From Lachnospiraceae bacterium (GTDB taxonomy: Bacteria > Bacillota > Clostridia > Lachnospirales > Lachnospiraceae), in contig JAAUZH010000032.1 of the NCBI GenBank assembly GCA_014804675.1, positions 20,487 through 84,486 of the forward strand: a DNA stretch of 64,000 nt, read 5' to 3'. Below the pieces are notes generated by a model. It was given only the letters and a program-made list of their open reading frames with translations. It searched no databases and was not told where the DNA came from. Positions 10,001 to 18,820 of the stretch are shown here, in pieces. How positions within the stretch are numbered: the stretch's first letter is position 1; each line of letters starts with the position of its first letter. Made by a program: the position numbers and the translations under genes.

Positions 10001-11687
10001 ATTTGTCATCATCCCTATAATAAAAATGAATCTTTTCCTTTTCACCGTCCATAATATAGCCGATATTGTCAGGAGTGGAAGACACTACACCTTTTCCCTG
10101 CTGGAACTGAACCTTGAAAACAGTCTGGTCAGCCGGCATATTTATGTAATTGTCTCCGCCGTCCTTTTCCGCCCATTCCGTTCCTACATCCGTTCTACGC
10201 ATAATAAAGCCCAGCGTCATATCAGCAACAGAATCCATGACTCTGATTTTAGCTACTTTCTTTCCACCAAGGTTGCTTAACGGAATCTTTGTATCATATC
10301 CGCTGTTCCAGATATAAACCTCCCAGTTTGTATAATCTCCCTGTTGTCTTTCATATTCCACCAGCATGTAGCGCTCTCTTGGTCTTAAAGAATCCAGGTT
10401 TGGAGCCTCCGTATAAATGGTCTTTGAACTGGACACGATATACAAATCCACTTCGTCTCTACCGCCTTCATTCTGATATACCATTCCTTTAGAGGAGTTC
10501 TGCCAGGTCCAGGCGCCATAAGATCTTGCTATAATAGCCAGGTCCTTGTAGGGTAATTCCACGCTTGCCCTTAACCATTTATTTCCATTTATCTCCACTG
10601 ATGACGTAAAGTCATAAGAAACTCCGCCAGAAACCTTATACTCCCACAGCCAAAGCTGTGCTGCTTCTTTGGTCATACGGGATTCTTCAAAATCATAGTA
10701 ATAAATGTTGTAGGTATAAATTTCTTTTACTACGGAAACCTTTACTTTAGCAGTCTCAGTTTTACCGTCCTTTTCATAGCTTGCAGTTACCTCTACGGTA
10801 GTTCCCTCTTCTTCATTTACCGTAACGCTGTCTCCGTTTAACTGTATATTGGATTGTCCGTCTTCTATGCTGTAAGAAACAGGAACTTCATTAAAATTCC
10901 CTTTATCATCATAATATTTTAAAGTAGAAGGAAGTGCCTTTGACACGCCCTTCATAACGGAAATGCTTCCGGCCGGGGAGGCAAGTCCTGGCATGTATAC
11001 AACGGAATTTGCTCCGTCTGCTGTTGACACCTTTTTTGAATTATGAGGGTCTGTTATCCATTTTCCATCAACCACATATTTGTATGTATAGACACCAGGA
11101 TTTACGTTTTCTACCGTAACCGTATAGACATCACCCTGTTTTACCATTTCGATTCCGGTGTCCCAGTCATCAATTACATCACCCATGAGAAGTACCTTCT
11201 TTGCACCTGCCGCCTCGCCCGTGGCGCCATTTAAATTAAAGGTAATGGAATGATTCTCGCTATCCACTACAGGGCTATTCACAATCGTGATTCCCGCAGA
11301 GGCTTCTTCATTCTCCGCACCCTCTATCACCTCATCGTTTCCTTCTGTTTCTTCTGAAAGATCAGCGCTGCTGTCCTCCTGATTATCCAGGGAATCCTCC
11401 TTCTGCTCCTCCCTGGATTCTCCTTCTCCATCTTTCTCCTCTATATCCGTCTCCTTGTTTTCATCAGCGGACTCCTGACTGCCTTCCAGCTCATCCTGTT
11501 CCTTTTCTACCTGTCCCTGAATTCCTTCTGCTGCAGATTCCTGGCTTTCATCCGCTTCCCCTATGGACTGTATTCCGTCACCGGCTGCATGAACCGGAAA
11601 CACAAAACCCGATGCCGAACCGGTCACAAGCATTGCCGTTACAAGAAGCCAGCTGATTCCTTTTGCTATTATACTTTTTCTTTTCAT
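7035..11687 (-). CDS. secreted 1550-aa GH13 alpha-amylase / neopullulanase-type enzyme with N-terminal acidic region, AMPK-beta/CBM48-like and pullulanase-associated (CBM41-like) modules, and four C-terminal Big_2 Ig-like domains
   Basis: Signal peptide. GH13 regions DVVINHAG, YYRVDTVKH, MIGEY, FLGSHDE. VLLMGDVIDDWDTGIEMVKQGDVYTVTVENVNPGVYTYKYVVDGKWITDPHN (glycogen-binding fold). W-x-W modules (AAQLWLWEY, YTNWEVYIWN). PT-rich linker PTPTPTPTPTNPTPGP. Big_2-like VTPxN...WxSSNxxxATV repeats. No LPXTG. Confidence 0.9.
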   Translation of the reverse strand: MKRKSIIAKGISWLLVTAMLVTGSASGFVFPVHAAGDGIQSIGEADESQESAAEGIQGQVEKEQDELEGSQESADENKETDIEEKDGEGESREEQKEDSLDNQEDSSADLSEETEGNDEVIEGAENEEASAGITIVNSPVVDSENHSITFNLNGATGEAAGAKKVLLMGDVIDDWDTGIEMVKQGDVYTVTVENVNPGVYTYKYVVDGKWITDPHNSKKVSTADGANSVVYMPGLASPAGSISVMKGVSKALPSTLKYYDDKGNFNEVPVSYSIEDGQSNIQLNGDSVTVNEEEGTTVEVTASYEKDGKTETAKVKVSVVKEIYTYNIYYYDFEESRMTKEAAQLWLWEYKVSGGVSYDFTSSVEINGNKWLRASVELPYKDLAIIARSYGAWTWQNSSKGMVYQNEGGRDEVDLYIVSSSKTIYTEAPNLDSLRPRERYMLVEYERQQGDYTNWEVYIWNSGYDTKIPLSNLGGKKVAKIRVMDSVADMTLGFIMRRTDVGTEWAEKDGGDNYINMPADQTVFKVQFQQGKGVVSSTPDNIGYIMDGEKEKIHFYYRDDDKYLNYDMASLEDKVSVMIKKDDGTFAEYAMDYNSQEERFCYDLDISDVESGSSADYQYYYLVDGERVLDKFNEVTGTDEDGQYNSVTYYNYKDKVSLSTTFTLDSMDYNQNNVLKVVPDVDSSVSEENFEIKSIQCDLSQLGGSDVFSINPELMEGTISVTDSIDPGDYTIPIVLYDIYGNKFTTNKTVRVVERTKAEGDFDWDEAIVYFAVTDRFYDGDASNNDAYGVGDYNTSTSKEEDGGGSSYHGGDFAGLTEKLDYLKDLGVNTIWITPIVENITQDLSSTEGLSAYGYHGYWTSDFTKLNKHLGTEEQFKKLIEEAHARGMKLMVDVVINHAGYDTEDYFNSIIKDEEGNPVNMLRDDSNTVDGDTVRDGLSGLPDFVTENPMVRNQLVQWQVDWMEKYDIDYYRVDTVKHVESTTWAAFKNELTKANPEFKMIGEYSGAGYASTGGELGTGSMDALLDFDFNDFAQNFVTGSIENVEETLVDRNKKINNTATMGAFLGSHDEDGFLYRLCSDDDETGAGLSEEEALKLYKVAISLQLTAKGIPVIYYNEEIGLAGANNYPFQENRQDFDWTEAAKQEFEADSILNHYKTLLSIRNKYTALFAKGSRITVEVSDENGYDITSRSYGGETIYMGLNIKDQTQQVAFAVDGEAGTVYRDLYNNVDYTVDAQGKVTVTLPKAQDGGTVILAKQVAAENITAANTTVTINKGDTAKLNVTVTPANTTAKVLWTSSDEKVAVVSKTGTVKGMGAGNAKITAALDDNSGKKVEFNITVKASGNTDPAPVNPTPTPTPTPTNPTPGPQPEQPSVVKVTKLSISGPSKKLAAGKKVTLVVNVTPKNASNKAVTWSTSNKKYATVDAKGKVSLKKAGIGKTVTITATAKDGSKKKATYKIKIMKHAVKSVKLKAASSSVKAGKSVKIKATIKTTGTSVNKTLKWTSSNTKYATVSSKGVVKTKKAGKGKTVTITAVSTDGSNKKAKVKIKIK

Positions 11688-11726
11688 ATGACATCCTTTC
11701 TCAGAAAGCCTCGTATTCCTTTTTGG

Positions 11727-11766
11727 TAAAAACAGGACAGATATTGTACTGCCAACATCTGCCCTG
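11727..11766 (-). terminator. rho-independent terminator downstream of 11798..13789
   Basis: Stem caggacagat (11733-11742) / atctgccctg (11757-11766). The one mismatch is a G:U pair on the minus strand. An A-run on the plus strand gives a U-run on the minus transcript. Confidence 0.7.
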
Positions 11767-11797
11767 CTTTATCCTGACGACTACTTCATAAGACTTA

Positions 11798-13789
11798 CTA
11801 CTTTTTAATCTTTATTTTCTTTGTAGCGCTGTATTTAGCACTATATACTTTATTTCCTGCTGAATCCAGCTTATATGCCCTTGCCTGAACATAATAAGTG
11901 GTTCCTTTTTTCAGCTTCTTAATCGTAACGCTCGTAGTCTTAGTAGTTGTTTTCTTTGCGCTCTTCATGGTTTTCTTTGTGGAATATCTTACTTCATATC
12001 CATCTGCGCCTTTTACTTTCTTCAAAGTAACCTTTATTGCTTTCTTGGAAGAATTTTTAACACTCTTAATGGTTGCTTTTGCAGGCTTTGTTACCTTTGT
12101 CCACTGTGCGTAAATCGTTGCATTTCCAGTTGTCTTTGTGTTTGCAGTTACCTTTGTGCCTTTTGTTTTGGCAGTATACCATCCTTTAAAGGTATAGCCT
12201 TTTCTGACAGGGCTTGCAAGCGTACCATAAGCGCTGTCATAAGTAACGGTCTTTGTGGAAACCTTTAATTTGGTTCCGCCATTTACATTATAGGTCAAGG
12301 TATATGTATTTGCTGTCCATTTCACATTAACTGTGGTGTCTGCTGTTACACTTGCAAAAGTTTTATCCCAGCTTGCAGTATATCCGGTTTTGGCTGGTAA
12401 AGCAGGCGCTGTAGCTGCCTTGCCGGATTCTACGGTTTCTGTCTTTAAAACCTTGTCGCCATCCTTGAAGGTTACTGTAAATTTCTTTACTTCTTCCTCT
12501 CTATTTCCTTCTTCCTCTCTATTTCCTTCTTCTTCTTCATTTTCCCCATCTGTCTTAACTTCTGCTGTCACTTCTGCTTCTCCCATAGAAGGATCTGGAT
12601 TCTTTACTGTAAATACTACATCGCTGTCTTTTTCCAATGTAATCTTATAATTCAACCAATGACCTTCAGGATCCACATCTTCAGGATTCTTATATTGGTG
12701 CTCCCATGCAAACTGCACAGGGTCCTGTACTGGTGTAAATTCATAGGTGCCTGCTGGCAGGGCAATGGTAACTTCGTATTGCTTTTCTCCAGTCTTCTTC
12801 ATTTTTATAGCATTTTCAAGTTCCCATTCTCCTAAAACACTGCCACTACCTATAATATAGAATTCATCCTCCTGAAGTACCAATGATTCGATTTCTTTCT
12901 CACATGCCGAATCCTCAAACCATCCGTAGCCATTCACATAATATGCCTCTTCTAATCCCATATCCTTAATGGCAGCATTCCAATTATTCTCTCCGCCATC
13001 TACTGTAAGGAACTGTAATCCCTGAATGCTGTTGCTGTCAATACCTACATAGCCCCATTTACCGTCCAACCCTTCAACAGTGTTTGCTGATCCTGCATCC
13101 AAAAGGGTTCTGTATTTCTCTCCTGCCCATGCAGTAATATTCAGATATGGACCTGCCTCTGTCAAAACAGCACCACCCCATAGATTTACCGCATAATCAC
13201 CAAAATCTTTATCCTCGTCCGTAATGTAATAATATACTTTCAGTTTCGTGCGGTCCGGATCACTGATTCCTACATCTTCACCGCCCAGCTTTTCGCTAAA
13301 AGAACTGTCCAAATACCAGCTTGCATCTGCAGGATTGAAATAAGCTTCTTTAATATCGCCGCTTGCAAGATCGTCTTCCCAGCACGCATACTCTTTTGGC
13401 CTAGTTGTTGACGCCTCGCCTAACATCTGTACAAACTGTATTCCTTGACTTTCAGCAATTTCAGCGGGAATTGTAACGGTAACATATCCAAATCCATCTT
13501 CGCCATCTAGAAGGGTCGGTATTCTTTCATCGCCCCAGGTACCTCCTACTACTGCTACTTCACCTGCCTCCTTGACTTCGATCTTTCCCCAGCTATTAAA
13601 TCCCCAGTCAGTCAGGCTGGTACCTTCCGGCAGCTTAAAATATAAGCATACATCATTCCCGCTGACGGATGTCTCACCTTCCTCTGCATTGGCTACAAGC
13701 GGTGTAATCGTCATAGATGTCAGCACCATCGCCAGAGCCATGAAAAAGGATAAGAATCTGTTTACACGTTTCTTAATTTGATTTTCCAT
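11798..13789 (-). CDS. secreted starch/alpha-glucan-binding surface protein (CBM-like modules, two Listeria-Bacteroides/InlB-B type repeats, C-terminal FN3)
   Basis: Signal peptide ...TPLVANA. Aromatic W-containing modules (TDWGFNSWG, AVNLWGG). GYTASWDKTF / GYTFKGWYTAKTKG repeat signatures. EEEGNREEEGNREEE linker. Lys-rich FN3 tail. Sits next to the GH13 enzymes. Confidence 0.7.
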   Translation of the reverse strand: MENQIKKRVNRFLSFFMALAMVLTSMTITPLVANAEEGETSVSGNDVCLYFKLPEGTSLTDWGFNSWGKIEVKEAGEVAVVGGTWGDERIPTLLDGEDGFGYVTVTIPAEIAESQGIQFVQMLGEASTTRPKEYACWEDDLASGDIKEAYFNPADASWYLDSSFSEKLGGEDVGISDPDRTKLKVYYYITDEDKDFGDYAVNLWGGAVLTEAGPYLNITAWAGEKYRTLLDAGSANTVEGLDGKWGYVGIDSNSIQGLQFLTVDGGENNWNAAIKDMGLEEAYYVNGYGWFEDSACEKEIESLVLQEDEFYIIGSGSVLGEWELENAIKMKKTGEKQYEVTIALPAGTYEFTPVQDPVQFAWEHQYKNPEDVDPEGHWLNYKITLEKDSDVVFTVKNPDPSMGEAEVTAEVKTDGENEEEEGNREEEGNREEEVKKFTVTFKDGDKVLKTETVESGKAATAPALPAKTGYTASWDKTFASVTADTTVNVKWTANTYTLTYNVNGGTKLKVSTKTVTYDSAYGTLASPVRKGYTFKGWYTAKTKGTKVTANTKTTGNATIYAQWTKVTKPAKATIKSVKNSSKKAIKVTLKKVKGADGYEVRYSTKKTMKSAKKTTTKTTSVTIKKLKKGTTYYVQARAYKLDSAGNKVYSAKYSATKKIKIKK

Positions 13790-13954
13790 TTTCTTCTCTA
13801 CCTCCCATATTTTTTATTTTGTCTCCATGCACCATTCAATCATGAAGGACAACCTAAGTATATAAAATTTTAGAGGCATTATACAATAGCTTTTGGAAAA
13901 TTAAAGGATTTTTGTTAGTTTTATATAAAATTGTTCTGATATTTTTGGCTAATA

Positions 13955-14845
13955 TTAAGAAAGGAAAAAACGAATCCCTGCCTTTAACATCAAAAAGGGA
14001 ATCTTAAAGCCCCGGAAGAACATATCCATTTTTTTCCGGTAAGTATAGCAGGTATATTTTCTTTCCTCATTCCAATAATACTGATACATTCCGCCCTTAT
14101 AACCATTTCTCCAGGGCTTTTCGGGGCCCATATAATGAATGATGGCAGGGCATTCCATAAGAAAGGGGGCAAAATTATAACCCAGATATTCCCACCAGCG
14201 CAATATATTGGGATTTAAATTGTACCGGTCTTCTGCCACTGCAATCTTTCCCTCATAGAGCACATTGATCAAATCCTGATCCGGGAATTTCAACTGTTCT
14301 CCCCGCTCATTCAGCATGTCAAACACATCCTGCACCTTCTGTTCTTTCCTGAGAAGGGCCAGATTGCATAAAAGCACGCCGGAATTGATATATCTGTTTT
14401 TTCCCGTAAATCCTAATTCCTTCCAGTAAGGGCTGTCTTCCTTATCCTGGAGCCTGTCCCGTATGCCTGCAAAGAAACAGCCTTCCATGGGCATATGATA
14501 AAATTCCTCCAGATTATCCGTCACAATCAGATCCGGATCCAGATAAAGCACCCGGTCCACCGTTTCCGGCAAAAGCTTTGCCGCTAAAATCCGATAATAC
14601 ATTTCTTTTGTAAAATAGGAAAAGCTGGGGGCATCGGAAAATTCCTCTTTTGATACGAATATTTCCGTAAACTTGCCTGCATACCGCCTGCACAGCCTTT
14701 CCAGCCGGTTCCTGTTTTTTTCGCTTACTCTGGAATGAATCAGATACACGTGAATCTGAGTTCCTTCATGTCTGGAAAACAACGTATTTAACATAATGTA
14801 AAGCGGATAAAAATAAGTATCGTTAATGGTTACCGCTATGTTCAT
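13955..14845 (-). CDS. glycosyltransferase family 8 (retaining, LgtC/GspA-like)
   Basis: MNIAVTINDTYFYPLYIMLNTLF... with DxD (YLDPDLIV). GAAGGAG RBS before ATG 14845. The start overlaps the pullulanase stop by 23 nt. Paralog of 30682..31605. Confidence 0.8.
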   Translation of the reverse strand: MNIAVTINDTYFYPLYIMLNTLFSRHEGTQIHVYLIHSRVSEKNRNRLERLCRRYAGKFTEIFVSKEEFSDAPSFSYFTKEMYYRILAAKLLPETVDRVLYLDPDLIVTDNLEEFYHMPMEGCFFAGIRDRLQDKEDSPYWKELGFTGKNRYINSGVLLCNLALLRKEQKVQDVFDMLNERGEQLKFPDQDLINVLYEGKIAVAEDRYNLNPNILRWWEYLGYNFAPFLMECPAIIHYMGPEKPWRNGYKGGMYQYYWNEERKYTCYTYRKKMDMFFRGFKIPFLMLKAGIRFFLS

Positions 14846-17567
14846 CTTTCCTGCTCCTTCTTTTTTTGACCATGTTTCCTGCCAGAACAAAAGCTCCTGC
14901 CAGGACTACTATTATGATTACCCCATAGAGGATTTCTGTTTTTACATAAGTGCGTACCAGCACAAGGGGCTCAATCCCCGGCACTTTGATTTCCGTTCCG
15001 CCTGAAAGAACAGAAAGCTCTTCCAGCCCTGCCTGCTCTCCATTTATGTAAACCTTCCATTTCCCTTTGGGCAGGGTGACAGAAGTTTCCTGTGTATTGG
15101 GATTGTAAATCATACAGATTTCGTTTTCCAAAACCAGATTTTCTTCCTCCCGGACCCTATAGGCAATCACATTTTCCTCCGTTCCCTTAAAAAACCGCAT
15201 ATACTTTTGGATTTCCTCTGCGGTTTCATAGGAAAGTCCCTTGTGGTTTTTGCGAAATTCCATAAGTCCCTTGTAATAGGATACCAGTTCCCTGCATTCG
15301 GAAAGAGCATTCCATTTGATGCTGTTTACAAAATCATTGGCGCTGTAGGAATTGCCATAAATCCTTGTAGGATCATCTTCTGCCACCTTGCTCCTTTGCA
15401 TTTCTTCCCCGGACTGTATAAAGGGCACTCCCTGGACCGTCATGACAATGGCGGCAGACAGCTTATTCCGTTTCAGCCACATATCTTCCGTTTCGCTGCT
15501 GCAGTTCTGCCGGATCAAATCCCACAGGGTGTAGCCGTCATGGCAGGAAGCGTAATTGATGCATTGGACCGGGTCTTTTGTCCAGCTTCCCATGGATTCT
15601 TTCGTGATTTCCTGTTTTGTTGCTGCCACCACTCCGAACAATACGGAATTTTGGGAATACCCTTCTTCAAAAATTCCGCTTACATATTTTTGGATTCCCC
15701 TGCGAAACACATTGGAAAATACTGCGATTCCCGGCATTTCCCCGGCATTTTCCGATTCCGCCATAGTGGAAGCGCTTATGGTGTCACCGCCCGTCCAGCC
15801 TTCTCCATAAATAAAAATACTTTCATCCACCTGATCCAGCTCTTTCCGGATAAGCTGCATGGTCTCTATATCAATCAGACCCATCAGGTCAAAACGGAAT
15901 CCGTCCACATGGTATTCCTTTGCCCAGTAAACAACCGAATCCACAATAAATTTTCTTGCCATTGCCCGTTCCGTTGCCACCTCGTTCCCGCAGGCTGAAC
16001 CGTCAGAATAGGTCCCATCTTCCCGAATCCGGTAATAGTAGCCCGGCACGATTTTATTGAAATTGGATTCCCCGGATTCGGAAGTATGATTGTACACCAC
16101 GTCCATAACCACCCGGATTCCTTTTTTATGCAGGCTTTGTACCATTTGCTTGTATTCATTTATCCGCACTTCCCCGTGATAAGGGTCTGTAGAATAGGAG
16201 CCTTCCGGCACATTGAAATTCTGTGTCATGTATCCCCAATTATAGGAATCCTCCGGATGCTCCTCATCCACCTCTCCGGAATCCTGGCTTGGCAGAAGAT
16301 GCACGTGGGTCACTCCCAAAGCCCCCAGATAATCAAGAGCCGTTGCTTCTCCCTTTTCATTTACCGTTCCTTCTTCCGTAAGCCCCAGATATTTTCCTTT
16401 TTCCTTTACACCGGAGCTTTCATCTATGGTATAATCCCGGATGCTCATTTCATATAGGATAATATCACTAAAGGAGGCAAGGGGCGGTCTGGTTTCTTCC
16501 AAAAAGCCCTGTGGATTCGTTTGTTCCAGATCTATGACCATCCCCCGCTTTCCATTGATGCCGCATGCCCTGGCATAAGGGTCTACCGCTTCCCGCTCTT
16601 CCCCCAGAACTGTTACCGAATAGGTATAATACACGCCGGACAAATCGCCGGAGAGCTGAATGTACCAGGTTCCTTTTTCATCGGGCTCCATGGGATAAGA
16701 CTCAATCCAATCGTCTCCATCACCGGTTTCATACAGATTCAATTCCACCTTTCCTGCAGTGGGCGCCCATACTCTGAAAGCCGTAGCTTCCTTTGTATAA
16801 ACTGCCCCCAAATCATCCCCCTCATATACATATGCCTCTTCAAAGGCGCTGCTGGAAAAGACGCCTCCGGCTTCGATTGCTCTTTTTTCCATGCCTTCTA
16901 CCAATAAGTAATTGCATGCTGACAGCTCCACGGCTTTTTCCAGAGTTCCCCTTCCTTTTACCAGATTTCCTTCCTTCTCAATTTCCAGCTCCTGAAAGGA
17001 ACAGATGGCTCCTCCTTCCATTTCCACGTTAACAACAAGCTTTTCTGCCTGCTTTTCGGACAAATCCGGACAATATAATATAAAAGAAACCACATCCATA
17101 TCCTCATATCCTGCCCGCATGATGCGCCTGCCCATATTCAGCTCCTTATCTGAATAGAAAATCTGTTTCTCTTCTTGAAGGAAATAGACGGAAAGCACTC
17201 CGTTTTCCGCTTTGGACAAATCCAGATATCGGTCCGCTTCCACATCTTTTCTTTCCCAGTCCTTGTATTTGAGCAAAGTGCCGATTCTGGTATCTTCCTC
17301 TATATTTTCCAGGGTTATCCGTGTGCTTGCCCATCCTTCTTTGGAAGTATCCGAAAAAACATATTCTTTTCCATCCGCTCCCTCATTCCAGAGCCAAAGG
17401 CTCCAATCCTCATAATCCCCTTCATAGCGGATATAATGTATATCCAGAGTCAGGCTTTCCAAAGGCTCTGCCTGTACGGTAACACTTCCTGAAACAAACA
17501 GCCCCCATATAACAAACAAGCCCAGGACTTTCCTTATGATTTTATTCTTTCTTTCTCCCATGCCCAT
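14823..17567 (-). CDS. type I pullulanase-like GH13 enzyme, N-terminal signal peptide + CBM41/48-like modules, C-terminal TM anchor
   Basis: GH13 regions DVVYNHT, GFRFDLMG, YGEGW, YASCHD. YNWGY signature present. YEDWSLWLWNEG module. C-terminal ILYGVIIIVVLAGAFVLAG + KKRRSRK. Start taken at ATG 17567 (MGMGERKNKIIRKVLGLFVIWGLF); 17561 or 17627 are also possible. Confidence 0.85.
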   Translation of the reverse strand: MGMGERKNKIIRKVLGLFVIWGLFVSGSVTVQAEPLESLTLDIHYIRYEGDYEDWSLWLWNEGADGKEYVFSDTSKEGWASTRITLENIEEDTRIGTLLKYKDWERKDVEADRYLDLSKAENGVLSVYFLQEEKQIFYSDKELNMGRRIMRAGYEDMDVVSFILYCPDLSEKQAEKLVVNVEMEGGAICSFQELEIEKEGNLVKGRGTLEKAVELSACNYLLVEGMEKRAIEAGGVFSSSAFEEAYVYEGDDLGAVYTKEATAFRVWAPTAGKVELNLYETGDGDDWIESYPMEPDEKGTWYIQLSGDLSGVYYTYSVTVLGEEREAVDPYARACGINGKRGMVIDLEQTNPQGFLEETRPPLASFSDIILYEMSIRDYTIDESSGVKEKGKYLGLTEEGTVNEKGEATALDYLGALGVTHVHLLPSQDSGEVDEEHPEDSYNWGYMTQNFNVPEGSYSTDPYHGEVRINEYKQMVQSLHKKGIRVVMDVVYNHTSESGESNFNKIVPGYYYRIREDGTYSDGSACGNEVATERAMARKFIVDSVVYWAKEYHVDGFRFDLMGLIDIETMQLIRKELDQVDESIFIYGEGWTGGDTISASTMAESENAGEMPGIAVFSNVFRRGIQKYVSGIFEEGYSQNSVLFGVVAATKQEITKESMGSWTKDPVQCINYASCHDGYTLWDLIRQNCSSETEDMWLKRNKLSAAIVMTVQGVPFIQSGEEMQRSKVAEDDPTRIYGNSYSANDFVNSIKWNALSECRELVSYYKGLMEFRKNHKGLSYETAEEIQKYMRFFKGTEENVIAYRVREEENLVLENEICMIYNPNTQETSVTLPKGKWKVYINGEQAGLEELSVLSGGTEIKVPGIEPLVLVRTYVKTEILYGVIIIVVLAGAFVLAGNMVKKRRSRKDEHSGNH

Positions 17568-17577
17568 CCCCGTATCC

Positions 17578-18816
17578 TTATGCTTCCACAAACTTATAAA
17601 TCCGTTCCAGCGCCTTGTATGGCTCAAAATCGCTCATATCCGCCTGTTCCACCAGTTCTTTCCTAAGCCCCTCATCCGCTGCGGCTTTGATGATTCCTTC
17701 CGCAATTCCTTCCGGAGTCAGCTTTACCAGAATCCCTGTTTCATAGCGGTTTAGCTGTTCCTTATTTCCGTCACAGTCGGAAGCAATTACCGGTTTTTGC
17801 AAAATAACGGCTTCCGAAATGGAAGTACAGCAGCCTTCATATCTGGTAGCCTGTACATAAATGTCACAGGCTGCCATATAGGGATAGGGATTATCCGTTA
17901 CGCCCAATAAAAAGAAGCTGTCCTCCAGCCCCGCTTCCTGAATGAGCCTTTCCACATTCTCCTTTTCCGGTCCCTCTCCAAGCACATACCATTTCACGTC
18001 ATAGCCTTTCTTTCTTACAATGGAAAGAGCAGGAACCGCCAGGTCATATGCCTTTACAGGAGCAAGCCTTGCTGCCGTCAACAACAGAACCTGCTTTTTT
18101 TCCTTCCGTTCTTTCAGCCCCTGTAAAAACAAAGGCAGCATATCCTGTGTCTTAGATGCCTTTTCCTTGATTTCTTCCGTATCCAACAGATTGTAAAATA
18201 CGTCCATCTTTTCTGCCATGCCCGGATAGACCTTGGCAAAATGCTCGCATATGCTTCTGGAAACGCAGTAAATTTTATCTGCCTTTTCATAATATGGCTC
18301 ATCCAATGAGGGACAATATCCGCTGTCTATAAATTCATTGTGCAAAAAGGCAATCTTCTTTTTCGCCTGGACATGGTCCATGACATAATAGGTGGCAGCC
18401 CCCTGAATATATGCCACTGCCAGATCAAAATCTTCCTCCTGCTTTGGCGCATGGTCCGCTAACAGCTTCCAGAAAAGCTTTTTGAAATCAAGGCCTGCAT
18501 GTTTTCTCTGGTAGAATGCCATTTTCCACAAATAACCGATTTCCTTAAAAAAATAACCTTTTTTAAGTCCATTCCGGACGATGGTTTTCGCCAGCTCTCT
18601 TTTTGCCTTCTTATCCAACACCGATTCCACACAGGGGTTTTCATTTAATATCTTTACCCCCTTTGGCACATGCCGGAACATTTCCCCTCTGTTTATTACG
18701 GAAAAAAGGGAAATCTCATAGCGTTCCATATCCATGTATTTCAGCATGGAAAGCAGGCACTTTTCAGCGCCTGCTCTTCCCATGGTATTGATTACAAAAA
18801 GAATTTTTTTCTTCAT
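17578..18816 (-). CDS. glycosyltransferase family 4
   Basis: MKKKILFVINTMGRAGAEK start. EX7E-type motif YEGCCTSISEAVILQKPVIASD. The ORF-track start at 18831 is GTG; ATG 18816 is preferred. Confidence 0.8.
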   Translation of the reverse strand: MKKKILFVINTMGRAGAEKCLLSMLKYMDMERYEISLFSVINRGEMFRHVPKGVKILNENPCVESVLDKKAKRELAKTIVRNGLKKGYFFKEIGYLWKMAFYQRKHAGLDFKKLFWKLLADHAPKQEEDFDLAVAYIQGAATYYVMDHVQAKKKIAFLHNEFIDSGYCPSLDEPYYEKADKIYCVSRSICEHFAKVYPGMAEKMDVFYNLLDTEEIKEKASKTQDMLPLFLQGLKERKEKKQVLLLTAARLAPVKAYDLAVPALSIVRKKGYDVKWYVLGEGPEKENVERLIQEAGLEDSFFLLGVTDNPYPYMAACDIYVQATRYEGCCTSISEAVILQKPVIASDCDGNKEQLNRYETGILVKLTPEGIAEGIIKAAADEGLRKELVEQADMSDFEPYKALERIYKFVEA

Positions 18817-18820
18817 TGCA

